A stretch of 32,000 bases of DNA from Janthinobacterium sp. 1_2014MBL_MicDiv (GCF_001865675.1 NZ_CP011319.1:1318099-1350098); one strand, 5' to 3'; positions 16,859 to 25,348 are shown, counted from the first letter of the stretch. The notes: generated by a model from the letters alone, not told the origin. Translations and numbers: made by a program.

Positions 16859-18181
16859 ATGAAATCCATCAAGATTGGCCTGCTGGGCCTGGGCAATGTC
16901 GGATTCGGCACGTTCAGCGTCCTGCAACGCAACCAGGAAGAAATCAAGCGCCGCGCTGGCCGCGGCATTGAAGTCGTCGCCGTCGCCGTGCGCGACGTGG
17001 CGCGCGCCGAGGCGCTGATCGCCGGCGCCTGCAAGGTCGTCAATGACCCGATGCTGATCGTCAACGATCCCGAGATCGACATCGTCGTCGAACTGATCGG
17101 CGGCTACGACCTGTCGAAAACCCTGGTGATGCAGGCGATCGCCAACGGCAAGCACGTGGTCACGGCCAACAAGGCCCTGCTGGCCGTGCACGGCAATGAA
17201 ATCTTCGCCGCCGCCCAGGACAAGGGCGTGATGGTGGCCTTCGAGGCGGCCGTCGCCGGCGGCATCCCCATCATCAAGGCGCTGCGCGAAGGCTTGACGG
17301 CCAACCGCATCGAATGGATCGCCGGCATCATCAACGGCACCACCAATTTCATCCTGTCCGAGATGCGCGACAAGGGCCTCGATTTCGCCACCGTGCTGAA
17401 ACAGGCGCAGGAACTGGGCTACGCGGAAGCCGATCCCACCTTCGACATCGAAGGCGTCGATGCCGCGCACAAGGCCACCATCATGTCGGCCATCGCCTTC
17501 GGCATCCCGGTGCAGTTCGACAAGGCCTACGTCGAAGGCATCAGCAACCTCAATGCCGTCGACATCCGCTATGCCGAGCAGCTGGGTTACCGCATCAAGC
17601 TGCTGGGCATCACCAAGCGCACCACCGTCAACGGCGTGGAAGGCATCGAGCTGCGCGTGCATCCGACCCTGATCCCGGCCAAGCGCCTGATCGCCAACGT
17701 GGAAGGCGCCATGAACGCGGTGCTGGTGCACGGCGACGCCGTCGGCGCCAGCCTGTACTCGGGCCGTGGCGCCGGCGCCGAGCCGACCGCCTCGTCGGTG
17801 ATCGCCGACCTGGTCGACATCACCCGCCTGGCCACGGCCGATCCGGAACACCGCGTGCCGCACCTGGCGTTCCAGCCGAACGCGATGACCAACATTGAAA
17901 TTTTGCCGATGTCGGAAATCACCACCAGCTACTACCTGCGCATGCATGTGGCCGACCAGCCTGGCGTGCTGGCCGACCTGACGCGCATCCTGGCCGAGCG
18001 CGGCATCTCGATCGACGCCATGCTGCAAAAGGAACCGGCCGAAGGCGAGACGCATACGGACATCATCATGCTGACGCACCAGACGCAGGAAAAGAACGTC
18101 ACGGCCGCCATCGGCAAGATGGAAGCGCTGAGCAGCGTGGTCGGTACCGTCACGAAGATTCGCCTGGAAAACCTCAGCTAA
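16859..18181 (+). CDS. hom: Homoserine dehydrogenase with C-terminal ACT domain
   Basis: NAD-binding motif IGLLGLGNVGFG, plus NGTTNFILSEM and EADPTFDIEGVDAAHK. The ACT-like tail is YYLRMHVADQPGVLADLTRILAE. Confidence 0.92.
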   Translation: MKSIKIGLLGLGNVGFGTFSVLQRNQEEIKRRAGRGIEVVAVAVRDVARAEALIAGACKVVNDPMLIVNDPEIDIVVELIGGYDLSKTLVMQAIANGKHVVTANKALLAVHGNEIFAAAQDKGVMVAFEAAVAGGIPIIKALREGLTANRIEWIAGIINGTTNFILSEMRDKGLDFATVLKQAQELGYAEADPTFDIEGVDAAHKATIMSAIAFGIPVQFDKAYVEGISNLNAVDIRYAEQLGYRIKLLGITKRTTVNGVEGIELRVHPTLIPAKRLIANVEGAMNAVLVHGDAVGASLYSGRGAGAEPTASSVIADLVDITRLATADPEHRVPHLAFQPNAMTNIEILPMSEITTSYYLRMHVADQPGVLADLTRILAERGISIDAMLQKEPAEGETHTDIIMLTHQTQEKNVTAAIGKMEALSSVVGTVTKIRLENLS

Positions 18182-18200
18182 CCAGCTTCAGCGATCCATG

Positions 18201-18230
18201 CAAAACGGCGCCCGCGGGCGCCGTTTTTTC
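18201..18230. terminator. Bidirectional rho-independent terminator (hom on the plus strand, rraB-like gene on the minus strand)
   Basis: AAAACGGCGCCCGCGGGCGCCGTTTTTT forms a GC-rich stem flanked by A4 and T6. Confidence 0.7.
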
Positions 18231-18244
18231 ATTCTGGAACAGCC

Positions 18245-18610
18245 TTACAGCTGCGCAACATCCGGCGCGCCGACGGGCCCCACGTCCATGCCGTCATAGC
18301 TGGCCAGCTGGTTTTCCTGGGCAAACGCCATCAGTTCGCCATTGCGCGCGTGCAGGCTGTCGACGCCGTGCACTTCGGCTTTTTCCACGTGCAGCACCCA
18401 CACGGGCGGCGCCGCCGGATCGTCGAGTTCCGGCTGGTACAGTTCCACGGGACGATAGCCCTGCAGCGCCAGCAGGGAAGCGGCCTGCTCCAGCGGCTCG
18501 GACGTGGGGTTGGTGAAGTAATAGCCCCACAGCAGCGGCTGGGTCAAGTCCCACGGCGCGTTCTCGGCGATATTGGCGAACAGTTCGCTTACGTCTTCTT
18601 TGGTCATCAT
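18245..18610 (-). CDS. RraB-family protein (regulator of ribonuclease activity B-like)
   Basis: A 121-aa acidic protein. The pattern LLWGYYFT...LALQGYRPVE...VLHVEK...FAQENQLASYDGMDVG matches my recollection of the RraB (PF06877) fold family. This is motif-level evidence only. Confidence 0.55.
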   Translation of the reverse strand: MMTKEDVSELFANIAENAPWDLTQPLLWGYYFTNPTSEPLEQAASLLALQGYRPVELYQPELDDPAAPPVWVLHVEKAEVHGVDSLHARNGELMAFAQENQLASYDGMDVGPVGAPDVAQL

Positions 18611-18681
18611 GGCAGTCTGCCTTCATTAAAATCTCAGGGCGCGATCTTAACATCGGTGCCCATGGCGCGCCATGCGCCCAT

Positions 18682-18710
18682 AAAAAAACCGGCTTTGCAG
18701 CCGGCTTTTC
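18682..18710 (-). terminator. Rho-independent terminator downstream of the OMP gene
   Basis: On the minus strand the sequence reads GAAAAGCCGGCTGCAAAGCCGGTTTTTTT: a 6-bp stem, a 4-nt loop and a T7 run. Confidence 0.6.
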
Positions 18711-18756
18711 TTATCCACCCTTGCAACGGCAGGATACTGAGACGCGCAAGCGCGTA

Positions 18757-19320
18757 TCAGAACTTGTAGCGCAGGCCGATCGACAGCAGGTCCGCTTTCA
18801 GCGTGGCGCCGTCTTCGCTCGCTACCTTGCCGAAGTTTTCGTATTCCGCAACCAGCGACAGTTTTTTGTCGAAGTGGTAAGCCGCGCCGATACCGAACAG
18901 GGCGGAGGTTTTGTTGTGCGATTCACTCTTGCTGAAATTCAATGCGTTGATGGTGAGTTTGGCGCGGTTTTGCGCAACGCCAGCCTTGGCGAACAGCGAG
19001 AACTGTTCGTTCAGCGGCAGGGTACCGGTGGCGGCGACGTAGAATGCATGGTTCTTGATTGCCGATTTCATGTCTTCAATGTTTTGCGACAGCTTGCCGA
19101 AATCGACGTAGCCGGCTTCCGCGCCGAAGTTCTGCGTGAAGTCGTAGCCAGCGTAGACTTTGTAGCCGGTATCGTTGTCCTTGCGCGAACTTCCTTGATC
19201 TGCAGATACTTTCAGTTCCGCGCGGCCGATATTCGCGCCAGCGTAGATGCTCTCGGCTTGGGCGAACAATGGGAATGCCAGGGCGGCGCCAACGACTGCT
19301 GCAAACAATTGCTTTTTCAT
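18757..19320 (-). CDS. Small outer-membrane beta-barrel protein (OmpX/OmpW/opacity-type, 8-strand class)
   Basis: Signal peptide MKKQLFAAVVGAALAFPLFAQA, alternating hydrophobic beta-strand pattern, aromatic C-terminus GLRYKF. AGGA lies 5 nt upstream of the ATG. Confidence 0.8.
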   Translation of the reverse strand: MKKQLFAAVVGAALAFPLFAQAESIYAGANIGRAELKVSADQGSSRKDNDTGYKVYAGYDFTQNFGAEAGYVDFGKLSQNIEDMKSAIKNHAFYVAATGTLPLNEQFSLFAKAGVAQNRAKLTINALNFSKSESHNKTSALFGIGAAYHFDKKLSLVAEYENFGKVASEDGATLKADLLSIGLRYKF

Positions 19321-19488
19321 ATTAATCCTAGGTAATTAATGCGGAGAGACTGTCTCGCCGCTTAATGGGAGCCGAATTGTATAGGGATGAATATGTTTAT
19401 GTAAGGCAACTGTTTTAAAAGCATTAAAAATATATCATGTGTTGTTTTTGGGCAACGATTGCTGCCAAAGAGGCATTTGTGCAAGCCG

Positions 19489-20997
19489 TCATGTTACGCA
19501 GCTGAAATGCACGCTGACTTTCAGCCCGTGTCCATTGGCGGCCGTCGCCAGTTCCAGCCGGGCGCCGTGCAGGGCGGCGATGTCGCGCACGATGGCCAGG
19601 CCCAGTCCGGCGCCGCCAGGATTGCTCTCGAGTGCCGCACCGACCCGGTAAAACGGCGTAAACACGCGTTCGCGTTCGGCGGGCGGGATGCCGGCGCCGC
19701 TGTCTTCCACTTCCAGTACCGTTTCATTGCCATCGCCGTCACGCTCGGGCACGCGCACGCGCACGCGCAGGATCACGCTGCCGTCCTGCGGCGTGTAGCG
19801 CAGGGCATTGTCGACCAGGTTGGCCACCAGTTCGTGCAGCAGCAGCGCCTGGCCATGCACGGGCGCTTCGTCGGGCGCTTCCAGCGACAGGTCGATATTC
19901 TTGCCGACGGCGGTCATGGCCATTTCCAGGCCCACCTGCTGCGCCACGTCGCGCAGCGGGACGGTGTCCATGGCCAGGGTGTCGCCGCCATGCTCGATGC
20001 GCGCCAGGGTCAGCAGCCGGTTCGCCAGCAGCACGGTCGAATCGGTCGTGACGGCAATCGAGCGCACGATGTCGCGCAGGGCCGCCATGTCGGGCGGCCC
20101 GACCGCCTGGCGGTCGCACTCGCGCAAGGCCAGTTCGGCCTGTGTTTTCAGCACCGTCAGGGGCGTGCGCAGCTGGTGCGAGGCGTCCGCGATGAAGCGG
20201 CGCTGGCTGGCGATCAGCTGCTGCAGGCGCGACATGGAACCGTTCATGGCGCTCACCAGCGGACGCATCTCCTTGTGCACGAGTGCGGGATCGACGTCGG
20301 ACAGGTCGGACAGGGCGCGCGTCTCGACTTCCGTTTTCAGGCGCATCAGCGGCTGCAGCACCAGGCGCACGGCAAACCACACGAGGGCGCCCATCACCAG
20401 TATCATCGCCGCCTGCCAGCTGAGCGTATCGAACAGGATCTGGTTCGACAGGCCGCGCCGCGCATCGAGGGTTTCCGCCACCTGGATCAGGGCGATGCCG
20501 CGCATCGAGTCGTCGTACACGGGTTGCAGCAAGGCCGCGATGCGTATCGGCTTGCCGTGGTAGTCGGCATGGTAAAAGCGCACCAGGGCCGGGTAGTTCT
20601 GCGAACGGGGCACGTTCTTCGGCACGGGCGGCAAGTCGCCATAGCCGGAGACCAGCTCGCCGTTGATGCCCGTCACCTTGTAGTAGATGCGTCCCAGGGT
20701 ATCGGTTTCAAAGCTGTCGAGCGCCACGTAGGGCACTTCGGCCACCACCTTGCCGCCGACGATGGAGACGCGCTCGGCCAGCGCGCGCGTCGACGCCAGC
20801 AGCGAGCGGTCGTAGGCCATGTCGGCCGCGTCGAGGGCGTTGCGGTAAACAAAAACGGCATCGAGCAGCACCAGCATGACCAGCGGAATGAGCAGCCAGC
20901 GCAGCAGCTGGCTGCGCAGGCTGCCCAGCGGCCGGCCTTGCGCCCAGCGCCGGCGCAGGCGCTCGAGCAGGGGCAGACGCCGCATGGTGGCGCTCAT
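19489..20997 (-). CDS. Sensor histidine kinase, TctE-like (periplasmic sensor domain, HisKA, HATPase_c)
   Basis: Two transmembrane segments flank a periplasmic region of about 150 aa. H-box FIADASHQLRTPLT, N-box LVANLVDNALRYT, G-boxes EDSGAGIP and GGAGLGLAIV. It overlaps the response-regulator gene as ATGA. Confidence 0.85.
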   Translation of the reverse strand: MSATMRRLPLLERLRRRWAQGRPLGSLRSQLLRWLLIPLVMLVLLDAVFVYRNALDAADMAYDRSLLASTRALAERVSIVGGKVVAEVPYVALDSFETDTLGRIYYKVTGINGELVSGYGDLPPVPKNVPRSQNYPALVRFYHADYHGKPIRIAALLQPVYDDSMRGIALIQVAETLDARRGLSNQILFDTLSWQAAMILVMGALVWFAVRLVLQPLMRLKTEVETRALSDLSDVDPALVHKEMRPLVSAMNGSMSRLQQLIASQRRFIADASHQLRTPLTVLKTQAELALRECDRQAVGPPDMAALRDIVRSIAVTTDSTVLLANRLLTLARIEHGGDTLAMDTVPLRDVAQQVGLEMAMTAVGKNIDLSLEAPDEAPVHGQALLLHELVANLVDNALRYTPQDGSVILRVRVRVPERDGDGNETVLEVEDSGAGIPPAERERVFTPFYRVGAALESNPGGAGLGLAIVRDIAALHGARLELATAANGHGLKVSVHFSCVT

Positions 20998-21728
20998 TTT
21001 GGCGCGGCAGGCGCCATGGCGCTGCGCGGCTGCAGCAGGTAGCCGATGCCGCGCAGCGTGGTGATGACGGCGCCGTCGGGCGAGCCGCTTTCCACGCCGC
21101 CTTCCGCATTGCTCTCGAGCTTTTTGCGCACGCGGTGGATGTACAGTTCGATGGCGTCCAGGTTGGCGTCGTCGGCCAGGGCGAAGACTTCGTCGAACAG
21201 CTTTTCCTTCGAGACGGCGCGGCCCGAGCGCGTGATCAGCGCCTCGAGCACGGCGTGTTCGCGCGGCGTCAGGGCCAGCGCCGCGCCGCCATAGCTGAAC
21301 ATGCGCGTGACGGTATCGAAACTGAGCGCGCCGCAGCTATGCACGAGCGCCTCGTTGCCCTGGCTGCGGCGCAGCAGGGCCTTCACGCGCGCTTCCAGTT
21401 CGGCCAGCTCGAACGGCTTGGCCATGTAGTCGTCGGCGCCCAGGTTCAGTCCCTGCACTTTTTCGTCCAGGCCGCCGCGCGCCGTGAGTATCATGACGGG
21501 AGTCTTGCCGCGCGTGCCGCCGCGCGCGCGCAGGCGGCGCAGCACGTCCAGGCCGTCCATCTTGGGCAGGGTCAGGTCGAGCAGCACCAGCGAGTACTCC
21601 TGCGTGTGCAGCAGGGCGTCGGCATCGGCGCCGTTGTGGGCGGTCTCCACCGTCAGGTGCGCGTCGCGCAGGGCCTTTGCCAGCCAGTGCGACAGCTCCA
21701 GATGGTCTTCCACTAATAATATGCGCAT
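20994..21728 (-). CDS. OmpR/PhoB-family response regulator, TctD-like
   Basis: Starts MRILLVEDH, with phospho-acceptor context LVLLDLTLPKMDG and conserved MAKPF. Winged-helix output: LTPREHAVLEAL...IHRVRKKL...TLRGIGYLL. The start is the ATG at 21728, with GGAGA 5 nt upstream. The ORF track runs 35 codons further. Confidence 0.88.
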   Translation of the reverse strand: MRILLVEDHLELSHWLAKALRDAHLTVETAHNGADADALLHTQEYSLVLLDLTLPKMDGLDVLRRLRARGGTRGKTPVMILTARGGLDEKVQGLNLGADDYMAKPFELAELEARVKALLRRSQGNEALVHSCGALSFDTVTRMFSYGGAALALTPREHAVLEALITRSGRAVSKEKLFDEVFALADDANLDAIELYIHRVRKKLESNAEGGVESGSPDGAVITTLRGIGYLLQPRSAMAPAAPK

Positions 21729-21842
21729 GGTCTCCGCCATTCGTTTGAATGGTTGCAGTGTAAGCCTGTCGGCGCGCCGCCGACAGGGGCGGCGATGAAT
21801 ATGTTTGTGCCCCTTGTGGCTGGCCGGCGACACCTGTCAGTC

Positions 21843-21876
21843 TGAAAGCGAATTGAAAGGATCGCGCTCATATAGT
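21843..21876 (+). promoter_or_regulatory. Candidate response-regulator-dependent promoter: direct repeat TGAAAG-N5-TGAAAG (11-bp period) followed 11 nt later by a -10-like TATAGT
   Basis: TGAAAG occurs at 21843-21848 and again at 21854-21859, and TATAGT at 21871-21876. This geometry resembles PhoB/OmpR-type boxes that replace the -35. It lies in the divergent region between the tctD-like gene and the porin gene. Confidence 0.4.
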
Positions 21877-21912
21877 GTGATCCTGATTCATGAAATTGAT
21901 CAGGCATATCAC
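21877..21912 (+). promoter_or_regulatory. Imperfect 36-nt inverted repeat (GTGAT CCTGAT N11 ATCAGG CAT ATCAC), either an operator or a 5-prime UTR hairpin upstream of the porin gene
   Basis: CCTGAT (21882-21887) pairs with ATCAGG (21899-21904), and the outer arms GTGAT (21877-21881) pair with ATCAC (21908-21912). The repeat ends 31 nt before the porin ATG. Confidence 0.35.
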
Positions 21913-21942
21913 TAATAACTATATCTAAGGGAGACACGTTAC

Positions 21943-23004
21943 ATGAAGAAATCCGCATTCTCGCTGGCCGCCATGGCAGTCCTGGCCGCCGCCGGCAGCG
22001 CCCAGGCCCAGTCGAACGTCACCCTGTACGGCCGCCTCGATGCCGGCATCAGCAACACCAGCAACGCCGGTCCGAACAAAAGCTCGATGACGCAAGTCAG
22101 CTCGGGCGGCATGAATACCTCGCGTTGGGGCATCCTGGGCAGCGAAGACCTGGGCGGCGGCCTGAAGGCCGTGTTCAATCTGGAAGGCGGCATCCTCGTC
22201 GACACGGGCGCCGCCGACGGCGCGCTGTTCAAGCGCCAGGCGAATGTGGGCCTGGAAGGCGCGTTTGGCCGCGTCGTGCTGGGCCGTTCGTTTACCACCG
22301 TGTACGACTTCGTGCTGCCGTTCGATCCGATGGCCTATGCGCCGTTCTATTCGTGGGCCACCTCGGCCCATGCGACGGGCCCGAGCAAGTACGGCATGAC
22401 CACCGCCTTCGACAACATGGTCAAATATTCGGGCAAGACCGGCGACTTCAGCTACGGCGCGTCGTACGGCTTCGGCGAACAGACGACGGGCAGCTCGGAC
22501 AGCGCCAAGCTGTCGACGGCGCTCACCTACAAGACGGGTCCCGTCAGCCTGCTGGCCACGTATGAGCAGGTCAACGGCAATGCCATCGCCGGCGGCGCGC
22601 GCGACAAGACCACCGTGTACCACCTGGGCGCCATGTATGACGACGGCCCGTGGAAGGTGCAGGCGGCGGCGCGCGACTACAAGCTCGATCCGGCCGCTGC
22701 CGGCAAGGCCGACGTGCGCGGCACCCTGTACTGGGGCGGCGTCAGCTACAAGACGACGCCGGTGATCACCCTGACCGGCGTGATCTACTACCAGGACGTG
22801 AAGAACGTGGCGGCCAACCTCGATGCGGATCCGATCATGTACGTGGCGCGCGTGCGCTATGCGCTGTCCAAGCGCACGGACCTGTACGTCGCTGGCGCCT
22901 ATGCCAAGGCCAAGCACAATCAGCTGGTCAGCCTGTCGCGCGACGACGCCGGTTTCGGCGACACGCAGCGCGGCCTGATCGCCGGCATCCAGCACCGCTT
23001 CTAA
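21943..23004 (+). CDS. General porin (Gram-negative porin family, Burkholderiales OmpC/Omp32-like)
   Basis: Signal peptide MKKSAFSLAAMAVLAAAGSAQA, the N-terminal hallmark SNVTLYGRLDAG, and the C-terminal GIQHRF. The SD AAGGGAGA lies upstream. Confidence 0.88.
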   Translation: MKKSAFSLAAMAVLAAAGSAQAQSNVTLYGRLDAGISNTSNAGPNKSSMTQVSSGGMNTSRWGILGSEDLGGGLKAVFNLEGGILVDTGAADGALFKRQANVGLEGAFGRVVLGRSFTTVYDFVLPFDPMAYAPFYSWATSAHATGPSKYGMTTAFDNMVKYSGKTGDFSYGASYGFGEQTTGSSDSAKLSTALTYKTGPVSLLATYEQVNGNAIAGGARDKTTVYHLGAMYDDGPWKVQAAARDYKLDPAAAGKADVRGTLYWGGVSYKTTPVITLTGVIYYQDVKNVAANLDADPIMYVARVRYALSKRTDLYVAGAYAKAKHNQLVSLSRDDAGFGDTQRGLIAGIQHRF

Positions 23005-23007
23005 GGC

Positions 23008-24000
23008 ATGACCATGCTGCGCGCCCTGTTCCTGTCGTTGCTGTGCCTGTTGCCCGCCGTCGCGGCGGCGCAGGCGCTCGCCCCGGCCGAATGCGTGGTG
23101 CCGTCCAAGCCGGGCGGCGCCATGGATTTGACGTGCAAGCTGGCGAAGAAAGGCCTGGCGCAGGAGGGCGCAGCGGGCGTGGCCGGGGCAGTGGCAAGCC
23201 CCATGCGCATCAGCTACCTGCCGGGCGGCATCGGCGCGGTAGCCTGGCACTCGATGGTGTCGCAGCGCCGCCGCGCGGAGCCGAACACGTTGGTGGCGTT
23301 TTCGGGCGGCTCGCTGCTCAATCTGGCGCAGGGCAAGTTCGGCAATGCCAAGGCGGGCGACGTGCGCTGGGTCGCGGCGCTGGGCGCCGACTACGGCATG
23401 ATCGCCGTGCGCAGCGATTCGCCGTACAAGACACTGGGCGACCTGATCGCCGCATTGCGCCAGCATCCGGACACGGTGCTGATCGGCGTCTCCGGCACCA
23501 TCGGCAGCCAGGACTGGCTGAAGATGGCGCTGGTGGCGCGCCATGCGGGCATCGATCCGAAAGTGCTGCGCTTCGTCGCGCTCGAAGGCGGCGGCGAAGT
23601 CTTCACGGCGATGCAGGCCGACTACGTGCAGGTGGTCTCGGGCGACACGTCGGAAGCCACCCTGAACGCCAGCGCCAACCATGCGCGCGTGCTGGCGGTG
23701 CTGTCGGAGAAGCGCCTGCCCGGCGTGCTGGCCGGCGTGCCGACGGCGCGCGAGCAGGGCGTCGACGTGGTCTGGCCCATCATCCGCGGCGTGTGGATGG
23801 GGCCGCAGGTGCCCGAGGCGGATTACCAGCGCTGGGTGGCCACGTTCGACCGCGCCATGGCCACGCCGCAGTTCGCCGAATGGCGCGCGCAGGCCGGCCT
23901 GTATCCATTCGCCCTGACGGGGCCGAAGCTGACGGCGTATGTCAGGAAAGCGGTCGATGAGTATGCCAGGCAAGCCACCGAGCTTGGCCTGATGCGCTGA
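23008..24000 (+). CDS. tctC: Tripartite tricarboxylate transporter substrate-binding protein (TctC/Bug family)
   Basis: Signal peptide ending AVAAAQA. Family-like blocks: PSKPGGAMDLTCKL, AFSGGSLLNLAQGKFG, DYGMIAVRSDSPYKTLGDL, IGSQDW, VWPIIRGVWMGP. An alternative start is the ATG at 23014. Confidence 0.85.
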   Translation: MTMLRALFLSLLCLLPAVAAAQALAPAECVVPSKPGGAMDLTCKLAKKGLAQEGAAGVAGAVASPMRISYLPGGIGAVAWHSMVSQRRRAEPNTLVAFSGGSLLNLAQGKFGNAKAGDVRWVAALGADYGMIAVRSDSPYKTLGDLIAALRQHPDTVLIGVSGTIGSQDWLKMALVARHAGIDPKVLRFVALEGGGEVFTAMQADYVQVVSGDTSEATLNASANHARVLAVLSEKRLPGVLAGVPTAREQGVDVVWPIIRGVWMGPQVPEADYQRWVATFDRAMATPQFAEWRAQAGLYPFALTGPKLTAYVRKAVDEYARQATELGLMR

Positions 24001-24047
24001 CCGCCATTCCATTTAAAAAAATCTATTTCACAGACGGAGACAACCCC

Positions 24048-25145
24048 ATGCAAACCAAGATCCTGCTTCAAGCCGCCATCGCCACCGCATTTGCCAGCCT
24101 GGCCGGCGCCGCGTTCGCGCAAGTGCCGCCCGGCTATCCGGCTGACTACCAGAAAATCATCGACGCGGCCAAGAAGGAAGGCAAGGTGGTGATCTACAGC
24201 GCCACCGACAGCAAGGCCGCCGCACCGTTGATCAAGGATTTCAGCGCCCTGTATCCAGGCATTTCGGTCGAATACAACGACATGAATTCCACCGAAGTGT
24301 ACAACCGCTTCATTTCCGAAGTGGCGGCCGGCGGCAATACGGCCGACGTGATGTGGTCGTCGGCGATGGACTTGCAGATGCGCCTGGCCTCGGACGGCTA
24401 TGCGCTGAAGTACAAGTCCGTGGAAGCGGCCAAGATTCCCGGCTGGGCGATGTGGGACGACCAGGCTTACGGCACCACGTTCGAGCCGGCCGCCATTGTC
24501 TACAACAAGCGACTGCTCGATCCGAAGGAAGTGCCGAAGAACCACGACGACTTCGCCAAGCTGATCGCCACGCCGAAATTCAAGGACAAGGTCACCACCT
24601 ACGACATTGAAAAATCGGGCGTGGGCTTCATGTTCATGGCGCAGGATGCCAAGGAGTACCCGCAATTTTTGGCGCTGCAAAATGCGTTTGGCACGGCCAA
24701 GGTGCGCGTGCAGTCATCGACGGGCACCATGATGGAGCGCATCTCCTCGGGTGAAAACCTGATCGGCTACAACGTGCTGGGCTCCTATGCCCTGGTGCGC
24801 GCCAAGACCGACCCGTCAATCGGCGTGGTGCTGCCCAAGGATTACACCCTGATCCTGTCGCGCGTGCAGTTCATCAACAAGAACGCGAAGAACGTCAACG
24901 CCAGCAAGCTGTGGCTCGATTACATCCTGTCGCACCGCGGCCAGACCATCATCTCGAACGGCGCCAAGCTGTTTGCCATCCGCGCCGACGTCACGGGCGA
25001 GACCACGTCGGCTGACCTGATCAAGGAAATCGGCGCGGCCAACGTCAAGCCGATCCCCGTGCATCCGATCATCCTGCAATTCTTGGGACCTGCCAAGCGC
25101 ATGGCCTTCCTGAAGCAGTGGAAAGAAACAGCCGGCAAGAAGTAG
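24048..25145 (+). CDS. ABC transporter periplasmic substrate-binding protein, Fe(3+)/FbpA-AfuA-like family (COG1840-type); substrate unknown
   Basis: Signal peptide MQTKILLQAAIATAFASLAGAAFAQ, then KEGKVVIYSATD. The 365-aa size and its position before a fused FbpB-type permease fit this family. GGAGA lies 7 nt upstream of the ATG. Confidence 0.75.
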   Translation: MQTKILLQAAIATAFASLAGAAFAQVPPGYPADYQKIIDAAKKEGKVVIYSATDSKAAAPLIKDFSALYPGISVEYNDMNSTEVYNRFISEVAAGGNTADVMWSSAMDLQMRLASDGYALKYKSVEAAKIPGWAMWDDQAYGTTFEPAAIVYNKRLLDPKEVPKNHDDFAKLIATPKFKDKVTTYDIEKSGVGFMFMAQDAKEYPQFLALQNAFGTAKVRVQSSTGTMMERISSGENLIGYNVLGSYALVRAKTDPSIGVVLPKDYTLILSRVQFINKNAKNVNASKLWLDYILSHRGQTIISNGAKLFAIRADVTGETTSADLIKEIGAANVKPIPVHPIILQFLGPAKRMAFLKQWKETAGKK

Positions 25146-25317
25146 GAACCTCCGAAAACCCATTGCGCGTCGCGATTTGCGGCCTCCGATGCTCACTGTG
25201 CATTCGCACAGCTGCGCTTCTCTGGCCAACAGGGGCGCCGAGCCTCATCGCCGCTCGCCACGGGTTTTCTGGAGTTCCCAGGCCGTCTTAGCCGCCCGCG
25301 AGCCTGGCTTGCGGGCG
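25145..25317 (+). repeat. Highly structured intercistronic element (REP-like nested palindromes) between the binding-protein and permease genes
   Basis: There is a long-range stem between 25145-25161 (GGAACCTCCGAAAACCC) and 25262-25278 (GGGTTTTCTGGAGTTCC), with 14 Watson-Crick pairs and 1 wobble out of 17. A central hairpin, CTGTGC-ATTC-GCACAG, lies at 25196-25211. A separate 10-bp hairpin lies at 25293-25317. Confidence 0.45.
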
Positions 25318-25348
25318 CACGCCGCACCCTTCATTCATTGGATTCATC

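Noticed and set aside
21881-21904. Possible Fur box in TGATTCATGAAATTGATCA upstream of the porin/ABC genes
   Set aside because: Alignment to the 19-bp Fur consensus GATAATGATAATCATTATC gives only about 7 of 19 matches. I treat the site as a generic inverted repeat instead.
21925-24012. 695-aa ORF on the minus strand spanning the porin and tctC genes
   Set aside because: It is antisense to two genes that have clear signal peptides and family motifs. The product is Arg/Ala/Gly/His-rich low-complexity sequence, typical of shadow ORFs in GC-rich DNA.
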